Assembly (NCBI GenBank): GCA_049999805.1
Contig: JBNGIO010005989.1
Location: 1-37,650 of the forward strand
DNA: 37,650 nucleotides
Reading direction: 5' to 3'
Origin: Folioceros fuciformis
Lineage: Eukaryota
Position 1 is the stretch's first letter. Every line of letters begins with the position of its first letter. This document shows positions 12,554-20,645 of the stretch, piece after piece. The position numbers and the translations under genes were made by a program. The notes beneath the pieces were generated by a model. The model searched no databases. It was not told the DNA's origin and saw nothing but the letters and a program-made list of their open reading frames with translations.

Positions 12554-15292
12554 TCACGGTCGGCCCTTACAACTGCAACAACCCGCTGCAAATCGATGCA
12601 CACGGTACCCATCCCTTACGACGATGTCTCTGTGTTCGAGCCTCGACATGATCTCCGTGGAACTGTGGCAGTCACTGCACATGCGTAAGTTCTTAGTAAC
12701 CACCAGAGATGTCCCACTCGGGGTGTTCAATAGACCGAAAGCCAGAGCTAGTTTCTCAGCATGCCCACAGAGCACATCTTCCTTTTCCTTCTCGCACAGA
12801 GGCTTTAACACCAACTTCGTGTGAGGTACATGGCCTCCTTCCTGCTTCAGGCGTGCAGTTGTGCTCTCTACTTTTAACGCAATATCCTCTCTTCTTTCTC
12901 CCACCACAAACTTATGTACCAGCTTTTTCACCTCAATGGTCGCCACTGCAGCTAACTTGTTGGCTCCTGCTACCGTTCTCTGTGTCTCAATCCTGTCTAC
13001 GTCGGCCCACCTACCTGCATCTGCGTAGACATTGGCCATGAGCACATAGGCAGCTGACCCCTGGGGGTCCAACCTCACAATGCTCTCGAAACAACGCATG
13101 GCCCTCCCTATATCCCCATGACTTTTGCAGGCAGTCAACAAAGACGTCAATCCCACAACATTACTTGGGTCCTCGCACCATGAAATCATGTTTTCCGCCT
13201 CATCTAAATGACCTGCACGCCCAAGAAGATCGATCATGCAATTGTAATGCTCAGTTGTAGGTTTGATGCCATGCTGCAGAGCCATGGAACGGAAGTGCTT
13301 GCGACCCTCATCCACCAATCCCTGATGGCTACACGCTCCTAGAAGGCAAGTAAAAGTAGCATCGTCAGGCTGAATACCTGCAACTAACATCTCCTCAAAA
13401 CAAGCTACTCCTCTTTGACCATCATCACAAGTACCATACCCAGATATGAGGGCATTCCATGTCACCACATCTTTTCTGTTCATGCTGTCGAAGACCTGGC
13501 GTGCATCTTCAATTCTACCACATTTCGCATACATGTCCACAAGGCTGGTGCCCAACACTACATTGTCCACAAGTCCTCTTTCCACGATCTGCGCGTGCAG
13601 CTGCCTGCCCTTCTGTAAGGCACCAGTGCTCGAACAGGCCTTCAGGAGGCACGCGAAAGTAACATGGTCAGCCAAAATCAGGCCCTCTTGCTCCATTCGT
13701 TGATACAGACCAAGTGCCTCTTGGCCAAGCCCTTGCTGTGCATACCCAGCAATCAGGGCATTCCATGTCACCACATTCTTTGTACCCGAACTTTCAAAAA
13801 CCCGGCGTGCATCTCCCAGCTCACCACATTTTGCATACATGTCCACGATGCAGGTGCCCACCAGTATGTCATCCCCCAATCCTCTTTGCACAATCTGTGA
13901 GTGGAGCTGCCTGCCCTTCTGCAAAGCACCAGTGCTAGCACACGCCTTCAGAAGACAGGCAAAAGTGACAACGTTGGCCACTGAAACACCCTCCTCCTCC
14001 ATCTGTCCATACAGAAGAAGCGCCTTACGTCCGAGACCTTGCTTGGCATAGCCAGCTATCAGTGCATTCCATGTCACCACATTCTTGGTGGTCATGCTGT
14101 CAAAAACCTGGCGTGCATCTTCCATCCCACCATATTTGGCGTACCCAGATATCAGGACATTCCATGTCACCACATTCTTTGTGGTCAAGCCGTCAAAAAC
14201 CTGGCGTGCAGCCTTCAGTTCACCACATTTTGCATACATATCCACCAGCCTGGCGCCAACCAACAAGTGAGGCGGAATGCCACTTTGCACCACATCATTG
14301 TGCACGTTTCTGCCCGCTCTCAAGTCAGCCGCAAATGCACAAGCTTGAAGGGCAGCTGCAAAGACGTGAGCATCTGCCTTCACTCCCGATCTACGCATCT
14401 CATGGTACAGCTGTATGGCCTCATAGGGTTTCCCATGGTTAGTATGAGCAGATATGATGGAAGACCACGTGATTACATCTGGCTTGCTTACCCTGTTGAA
14501 CACATCCACGGCCTCCTGCAGCCTACATCCAGATGCATACATTCGCAGAAAATGGTTCCCCAACAACGCATTCGACTCGTATCCAAGTTTCACACTAAGA
14601 TCATGAACTCGGCGCCCCAAAACCACATCCTTCTTCGCTGTACACAGTTTTAGCACGGTGCAAAACAGAGTCTGAGATATAGCATAATCTACCTGCGCCA
14701 GACATTCCAAGGCTCCAACGGCTTCAGACAGATTGCCCTGCTGGCATAACATACTCACTGTCCCAACCGTTACCCCGCCCATTTCCGCTTGTGCTCCAGT
14801 CCCAGATTCAGGGTTATCCGGACAACTAGACTTGGAAGGGGAGGCACCATAGCCCATCTGTCCATCCAAGGACACTAGCTGCAAATCAACCCAAGCTGGC
14901 TTGAGCATGCTGTTTAACCACAGGACCTCGCCAGAGCCCTTGCGCCGGAAGTCAGGCGAACGGTAGCTCTTCTTATCTCGCCTGTTATCCCACCACATGG
15001 TAGGCTCCAAAAAAAATTGCTGCCACAAGCGCTCCTGCTCCTCCTGCCTCAGGTCCTGCCAGCGACAATCGTCGGTGGAAAAGGCGTGCCGACCCACAAT
15101 CTGTCCAGGAAGTGCATGAGCTGGGCTCCGAGTCATTACACTACTGCTGCTGTTGCTCTTGGAAGCTTCCTTCACCAGGGATTGAGTCCCTGAAATGAGG
15201 TGCGCGGGAGCAGCTGGTAGAATCTCTGTAAACACACCAGTTGCAATTTGTTGTCTGGTCCATATCGGGTCCGGTTGGCATACCGTGACCAT
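12554..15292 (-). CDS. PLS-class PPR protein with E1-E2-DYW:KP (GRP-type) domain and N-terminal OSB PDF motif; candidate U-to-C RNA editing factor (PPR-1)
   Basis: 912-aa intronless ORF. L-S-P-L-S-SS-P-L-S-P-L-S-P2-L2-S2-E1-E2 array. Deaminase-type domain with HAEKLA, CSDCH and CSCKGRP end. PDF motif at aa ~86-142. Confidence 0.95.
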   Translation of the reverse strand: MVTVCQPDPIWTRQQIATGVFTEILPAAPAHLISGTQSLVKEASKSNSSSSVMTRSPAHALPGQIVGRHAFSTDDCRWQDLRQEEQERLWQQFFLEPTMWWDNRRDKKSYRSPDFRRKGSGEVLWLNSMLKPAWVDLQLVSLDGQMGYGASPSKSSCPDNPESGTGAQAEMGGVTVGTVSMLCQQGNLSEAVGALECLAQVDYAISQTLFCTVLKLCTAKKDVVLGRRVHDLSVKLGYESNALLGNHFLRMYASGCRLQEAVDVFNRVSKPDVITWSSIISAHTNHGKPYEAIQLYHEMRRSGVKADAHVFAAALQACAFAADLRAGRNVHNDVVQSGIPPHLLVGARLVDMYAKCGELKAARQVFDGLTTKNVVTWNVLISGYAKYGGMEDARQVFDSMTTKNVVTWNALIAGYAKQGLGRKALLLYGQMEEEGVSVANVVTFACLLKACASTGALQKGRQLHSQIVQRGLGDDILVGTCIVDMYAKCGELGDARRVFESSGTKNVVTWNALIAGYAQQGLGQEALGLYQRMEQEGLILADHVTFACLLKACSSTGALQKGRQLHAQIVERGLVDNVVLGTSLVDMYAKCGRIEDARQVFDSMNRKDVVTWNALISGYGTCDDGQRGVACFEEMLVAGIQPDDATFTCLLGACSHQGLVDEGRKHFRSMALQHGIKPTTEHYNCMIDLLGRAGHLDEAENMISWCEDPSNVVGLTSLLTACKSHGDIGRAMRCFESIVRLDPQGSAAYVLMANVYADAGRWADVDRIETQRTVAGANKLAAVATIEVKKLVHKFVVGERREDIALKVESTTARLKQEGGHVPHTKLVLKPLCEKEKEDVLCGHAEKLALAFGLLNTPSGTSLVVTKNLRMCSDCHSSTEIMSRLEHRDIVVRDGYRVHRFAAGCCSCKGRP

Positions 15293-16055
15293 GCTTCAAA
15301 GACTGACTTTCGGAAGACTGGGTACAAGTAACAAAAGTGCCCACCATCCAGCAGACCCACCAAAGAGCATGCCGCAGACCTGTCTACAACATTTGGGTGC
15401 TGTTAGCCAGAAGCCAGACTGGCGGATGTCCTGTACGCAGTTGTGGCAGGTGGACCACAGAGTTTTAGCACTCCCATGTTACAAACGTCCCAAAAGCACC
15501 ACACCCACGTCCCTGGAGAATCATCCAATCCGTCTTCGGGTTTTCCGAAAGGTTGGCTCTAGCACTGATTTATCGACCAGTCAGTCCAGTCATTGCAGTG
15601 AAGTGGGTTGAGAGACGAACTCTCAGTCACCATGGTTGCGTGGATTGAAACTGCCTCAGCTCTTGCAAGCACCGCTACAGAGGTTGAGTTTGTGGACTTC
15701 AAGACTTTGGCAGGAAAAGTTTTGCTCCACTGCACTGACATGCCGACAACCGAATGCAATCCGGTAGCCTGATTGCTCTCCTTTCCATAAGCACCGAAGA
15801 CGGGTCCTCCGGCTCTGGCCTGCACACTTCAGCACCGCCTCCAGGCGCTTCATCCGATTCAATGGCGGAGGTTCCTTGTGTTCATCCGTCCTTCCGGAAA
15901 AAACCTGTCAAGTGCGAAGCAGCCCACCGCCGTGGCGATGGGGGACACACGACCGGGTGCCCATTGCCGGCCAGCGGGCTACATAGAGTACAAGTGGTCT
16001 CCTGTACCTAGACTAACATGAAAACGAAAGCTTAGAGAGCAAAACTCCTTGACCG

Positions 16056-18596
16056 ATGGCCACCGTGTGGCAACTGGACCCGTTGTGGAGACAACACATT
16101 GCCATCGGTGTGTGTCCAGGGATTCCGGACGAACCTCCCGCTCAACGCACTGCGGAGGGTGGGAGTCGACCCCCGGCGAACAGCCAATCCTCTAGCTGCT
16201 GCAAGAGCGTTAGGAGTCCAGCAAATCCATTTCCGAGGAAACGTATGGGCGGGGACGGAGTTTCCATTGATGCTGAGCAGCAGGATTCCTTGGATTTGCA
16301 GATGGGTCAGCAGTCGAGATCTCCGGACAGGCCTAAACCTGGGAGGCGTGCACGATCGAAATTGGGACTGGGCCTCGTCACGCCTGGAACGGTGAGCATC
16401 TTATGTAGGCAGGGGAGGCTTTCTGAGGCGGTTGGAGCTCTGGAGTCTATGGCGCGCACAGACTCTGCCATTTCTCAGTCTCTATTATATACTGTAATTC
16501 ATCTGTGTACAGTTAGGAAGAATTTGGTTGCGGGGCGACGAGTTCATTGTCTCACTGCCGAACTCGGTTGCGACTCGAATGCGTATGTGGGGAACCACAT
16601 CTTGCGCATGTATGCGCGCGGAGGCAGACTGCAGGAGGCCATGGATGTGTTCACCAGGGTAGGCAGGCCAGATGTCTTCATGTGGGGCTCCATTATCTCA
16701 GCCCACGCTAAACATGGGAAGCCTAATGAGGCTATATACCTCTACCACGAGATGCGTAGGTCAGGGGTGGAGGCAGATGCTCACGTATTTGCTGCTGCCC
16801 TTCAGGCTTGTGCGTGTGCTGCCGACTTGGAATCTGGAAGAAAAGTGCACAGTGATGTGGTGCAGAGTGGCTTTCATATCAACTTATTTGTTGCCAACTG
16901 CCTGGTGGACATGTACGCGAAATGTGGCCAACTGGGAGATGCACGCCAAGTCTTTGATGACATGGTCACAAAGGACGTGGTGACGTGGAATGCCCTGATA
17001 TCCGGCTACGTCAAATGTGGTGAACTGAAAGGTGGACGCCAGGTGTTTGACAGCATGAGCACAAAGAATGTGGTGACATGGACTGCCTTGATCGCTGGGT
17101 ATGTCCAGCACGGGCTTGCACATGAGGCGCTTGAACTGTACGCACGAATGGAGCAGGAGGTACTCATTTTGGCTGACCACGTTACTTTTGCTTGCCTTCT
17201 GAAGGCCTGTGCAAGCACTGGTGCCCTACACAAGGGTAGGCAGCTGCACTCACTGATTGTCGAAAGAGGACTGCTGGATAACGTGCTGGTGGGTACCTGC
17301 CTGGTGGACATGTATGCAAAGTGTGGTGAACTGCGAGATGCATCCCGAATTTTCGACAGGCTGGCCACAAAGAACGTCGTGACATGGACCTCGCTCATTG
17401 CTGGCTATGCGCAGCAAGGACTTGGTCAGGAGGCTCTTGTTGTATATGGACAGATGGAGGAGGAGGGTGTTCTTTTGGCTGAGGATGCTACATTTGCCTG
17501 CCTTCTAAAGGCCTGTGGTAGCACTGGCGCCTTACAGAAGGGCCGCCAGCTCCACTCACACATTGTAGAAAGAGGATTGTTGGATAATCTGGTGCTGGGC
17601 AACTGCTTGGTGGATATGTATGCAAAATGTGGTGAACTGGAAGATGCCCGCCGGGTTTTCGACAGCTTGGCCACAAAGGATGTGGTGACATGGAATGCCC
17701 TCATATCTGGGTATGGTACTTGTGATGATGGTCTGAGAGCGCTAGCTTGTTTCGAGGAGATGTTATCCGGTGGTATGCAACCAAATCATGTAACTTTCAC
17801 TTGCCTCTTGGCAGCATGCAGTCATGAGGGTCTGGTCCACGAGGGTCGCAAGTACTTCGATTCCATGGCTGACCACTATGGCATCAAACCTTCTACAGAG
17901 CATTACAATTGCATGATCGATCTTCTTGGCCGTGCAGGGCGTTTAGATGAGGCTGAAAAGATGCTATGGCTATGCCATGGGCAAAGTAATGTTGTGGGCT
18001 TGAGGGCTCTGTTGAATGCCTGCAAAAATCATGGGGATATTGAGAGGGCGATGTGGTGCTTCGAAAGCATTGTGAGGGTGGACCCTCAAGGGGCGTCTGC
18101 GTATGTGCTCATGGCCAATGCCTACGCAGATGCAGGTATGTGGACCGATGTGGACAGGATTGAAAGGCAGAGAATGGTAGCAGGAGCTAATAAGAAACCT
18201 GCAGTGGCGACCATTGAGGTGAAGAAACAGGTACATCGATTTCTGGTGGGAGACAGAAGAGAGGATGTTACGCCAAAGGTGCAGAGCACAAATGCACGTC
18301 TGGAGCAGGAAGGTGGCCATCTTCCTCACACGAAGTTGGTGTTGAAGCGACTGTGCGAGAAGGAAAAGGAAGATGTGCTTTGTGGGCATGCTGAGAAGCT
18401 AGCTCTGGCTTATGGTCTAGTGAACACGCCAAGTGGGACTCCTCTGGTGGTAACGAAGAACCTACGCATGTGCAGTGACTGCCACAGCTCAACGGAGATC
18501 CTGTCAAGGCTTGAACAGAGAGACATTGTTGTCAGAGATGGGTACCGTTTGCATCGATTCGCAAATGGTTTCTGCAGTTGTAAGGGTAGGCCTTGA
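16056..18596 (+). CDS. PLS-class PPR protein with E1-E2-DYW:KP (GRP-type) domain; candidate U-to-C RNA editing factor (PPR-2)
   Basis: 846-aa intronless ORF with the same motif order as PPR-1. KKPAVATIEV box at ~18192, HAEKLA, CSDCH, C-terminal CSCKGRP. Confidence 0.95.
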   Translation: MATVWQLDPLWRQHIAIGVCPGIPDEPPAQRTAEGGSRPPANSQSSSCCKSVRSPANPFPRKRMGGDGVSIDAEQQDSLDLQMGQQSRSPDRPKPGRRARSKLGLGLVTPGTVSILCRQGRLSEAVGALESMARTDSAISQSLLYTVIHLCTVRKNLVAGRRVHCLTAELGCDSNAYVGNHILRMYARGGRLQEAMDVFTRVGRPDVFMWGSIISAHAKHGKPNEAIYLYHEMRRSGVEADAHVFAAALQACACAADLESGRKVHSDVVQSGFHINLFVANCLVDMYAKCGQLGDARQVFDDMVTKDVVTWNALISGYVKCGELKGGRQVFDSMSTKNVVTWTALIAGYVQHGLAHEALELYARMEQEVLILADHVTFACLLKACASTGALHKGRQLHSLIVERGLLDNVLVGTCLVDMYAKCGELRDASRIFDRLATKNVVTWTSLIAGYAQQGLGQEALVVYGQMEEEGVLLAEDATFACLLKACGSTGALQKGRQLHSHIVERGLLDNLVLGNCLVDMYAKCGELEDARRVFDSLATKDVVTWNALISGYGTCDDGLRALACFEEMLSGGMQPNHVTFTCLLAACSHEGLVHEGRKYFDSMADHYGIKPSTEHYNCMIDLLGRAGRLDEAEKMLWLCHGQSNVVGLRALLNACKNHGDIERAMWCFESIVRVDPQGASAYVLMANAYADAGMWTDVDRIERQRMVAGANKKPAVATIEVKKQVHRFLVGDRREDVTPKVQSTNARLEQEGGHLPHTKLVLKRLCEKEKEDVLCGHAEKLALAYGLVNTPSGTPLVVTKNLRMCSDCHSSTEILSRLEQRDIVVRDGYRLHRFANGFCSCKGRP

Positions 18597-19151
18597 GTAC
18601 AACCCACTGTTCAGTGTGTATAACGGAGAAAACTGACCCAGCTGTCTCGTCTTGGGGGATTAGTGTGCTTGCTCACCTCCCTTCCTGTTCAAACTGGGAC
18701 ACGGACATACTGGTAGATTTGCTAACACTGATCCACCTTTCGTCATGATAGAGCAAAACAGGATTGCTTCACCCATACTCTTCGACGATGGGGGGTCCAA
18801 CATCCCAGTTCCCGTCGAAAACGTTGAAACGTCAGGAATCCTCGAATTCCACATTCCAGTATTGCTGTGGTGTGGACTTTTTGCTCCAGGCTGATGTTGC
18901 TTTGAGAGATCCTCCTAGATAATGTGTAGGTCTTTAAAGAGCAGGTTCAGTTTGTGTGTCCACTTCTGTTGCAGGGGTCGTCTCCCACAACCAAGCAGAA
19001 TAGCCGTCTGCTTTGTCCTTTCAGGGTGTGTGCTTATGCATGGTACCTGGCCCTATCCTGCCCTGGTGGGTTGTTGATGTTGTCAGACCACTATGATCAT
19101 TGTCACTGACCGATGCTGTTATACTCTCCTTCGGAATGCGGGCCCTGACCG

Positions 19152-19527
19152 ATGGTCACATTCATGGCAACTGGACCCGTTGTCGATCCCGTGGTTGAAC
19201 ATTATGCTGCTATCAGTCCTAAAACTGAGCATCACAATTGGATAATTGATCTTCCTGGCATGCGGGTCATTTAAGGTGAGGCTGACAAGATGCGATTGTG
19301 GTTCAAGCGCCAAGGCAATGCGGTGGGATTGAGGTCTTTGTGCAATGCATGCAAAAGTCACGGGGATATCGAGAATGAGATGCCGTGTTTTGAAAGTATC
19401 GTTAAACTGGACCCTCAGCAGGAGTGTTCGTATGTTGTGCTCGGTCGTGGCCAATGGCTCCACAGATCCAGGTAGGTGGGCCGACGTAGACAGGATTGCA
19501 AAATTGAGAATGGTAGAGGGAGCTAAC
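19152..19527 (+). pseudogene. Internally deleted PPR pseudogene (N-terminus joined to L2/S2-E1-E2; no PPR array, no DYW)
   Basis: tgaccgATGgtcac..ggcaactggacccgttgt matches the PPR-2 start. Within ~50 bp it jumps to sequence homologous to EHYNCMIDLLG / NAVGLRSLCNACKSHGDIE..CFESIVKLDPQ / GRWADVDRI..RMVEGAN, with frameshifts. Confidence 0.85.
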
Positions 19528-20238
19528 TCATGCACAAGGGGGTCTCGTTGGGAAGCCCACGGTGAAGACAGCTTGTCACTCAACCTCCGTTCCCTTACTG
19601 CGATGACAGAGAAGTAGGTAGATCCTTGCCGGAGCCCATCTTGGGAAAGCACGAAAACGGATTGCATGATTCTCTAGGGAAATTATTTGGTTACTGTGAT
19701 TTATGGGCTGTTAGTAAGGGTAGCTTTCTATGATACCCAAATCTATTTGGATAAATAAATTTTAGGGCACTTTTCATATTTCATAACACCATGTACGTGG
19801 CCAAAAAATTCTGGATTTTAAGGGCACTCACCGGGACGAAACGCTACTGCTCCCGGTGATGCACTTCAGAACTGGTTTGTAAACAATGTGGCTACTCTAC
19901 AAAGTGGGGATGTACTAATGAAAGGCACTGCCCATAGCCCGTAAAGGTGCCAAATGTTGGCGCGAAAAGCGGAAAGGAGGGTTGGGGAGAGCCAAAATTA
20001 ATTGGGGAATCTTTCCTCCCTCCAAAAGCGGATTGCCCTGTTTTTAGTAGTTTTGGTTTTGTTTGTGCCACATGGAAAGCGGCCCTAACAAGGCAGTCCT
20101 AAAGCTTCGTGGTCTACCTAGCTACAAGTACATATAAGGGCCTTGCTTCTCTAGGCTAGGATTTTTCTGAACTCGTGGCCTCTCACAGCCTCTTTCGGCT
20201 GCGAGAAATCCACCAGTCTGGCTTCAGGCCCATATGAA

Positions 20239-20463
20239 GTAGACAAGGTCTGCAGCATGCCCTGTGGGTGGTTTGTCAATGGTGAGCACTATGGTTACAT
20301 ACAGTCAATCTTTCCAAAAGTTAGTCATTTGGAGCATGGTCACGGTATGGCAATCGTACCCGATGTGGACTCGACAACATATTGCACCTGGTGTGTCTCG
20401 AGGAATTCTACGAGCTGCTCCCATTCACCTCATTTTAGGGACCCAATCAATGGCAAACAAACC
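20239..20463 (+). pseudogene. 5' fragment of a fourth PPR paralog (leader + first ~43 codons) cut off by an LTR
   Basis: MVTVWQSYPMWTRQHIAPGVSRGILRAAPIHLILGTQS (from 20336) aligns with PPR-1 MVTVCQPDPIWTRQQIATGVFTEILPAAPAHLISGTQS. The ~100-bp upstream region matches the reverse complement of 15293-15387. Confidence 0.85.
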
Positions 20464-20645
20464 TGAAGAAATAGTTAAATAAGATTTTATGGTTTTATGA
20501 ACAGTTAAAACAGACTAAGAAACTTGTGTATATGTGCTTTAATTTTCTGCTAAGTCAATAACCATTTTTGTCTTTCTTACGCTCATGTCTTCGTTCACTC
20601 CTGCTCGTGCTCTTCTGATCCACAATCGCTTTATGGTATCAGAGC
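20464..20645 (+). mobile_element. 5' LTR (~170 bp, TG...TA) plus tRNA-iMet primer binding site of a copia element
   Basis: TGGTATCAGAGC at 20634-20645 follows an AT-rich segment similar to the LTR at 6285. Confidence 0.75.

Noticed and set aside
15293-15370. PPR-1 being 5'-truncated by a premature TGA
   Set aside because: The same TGA-NNN-ATG context precedes PPR-2 and the 19152 relic, and all four copies share an ATG at the homologous position.
19833-19843. ggacgaaac resembling a hammerhead ribozyme core
   Set aside because: No CUGANGA element or compatible three-stem arrangement nearby.
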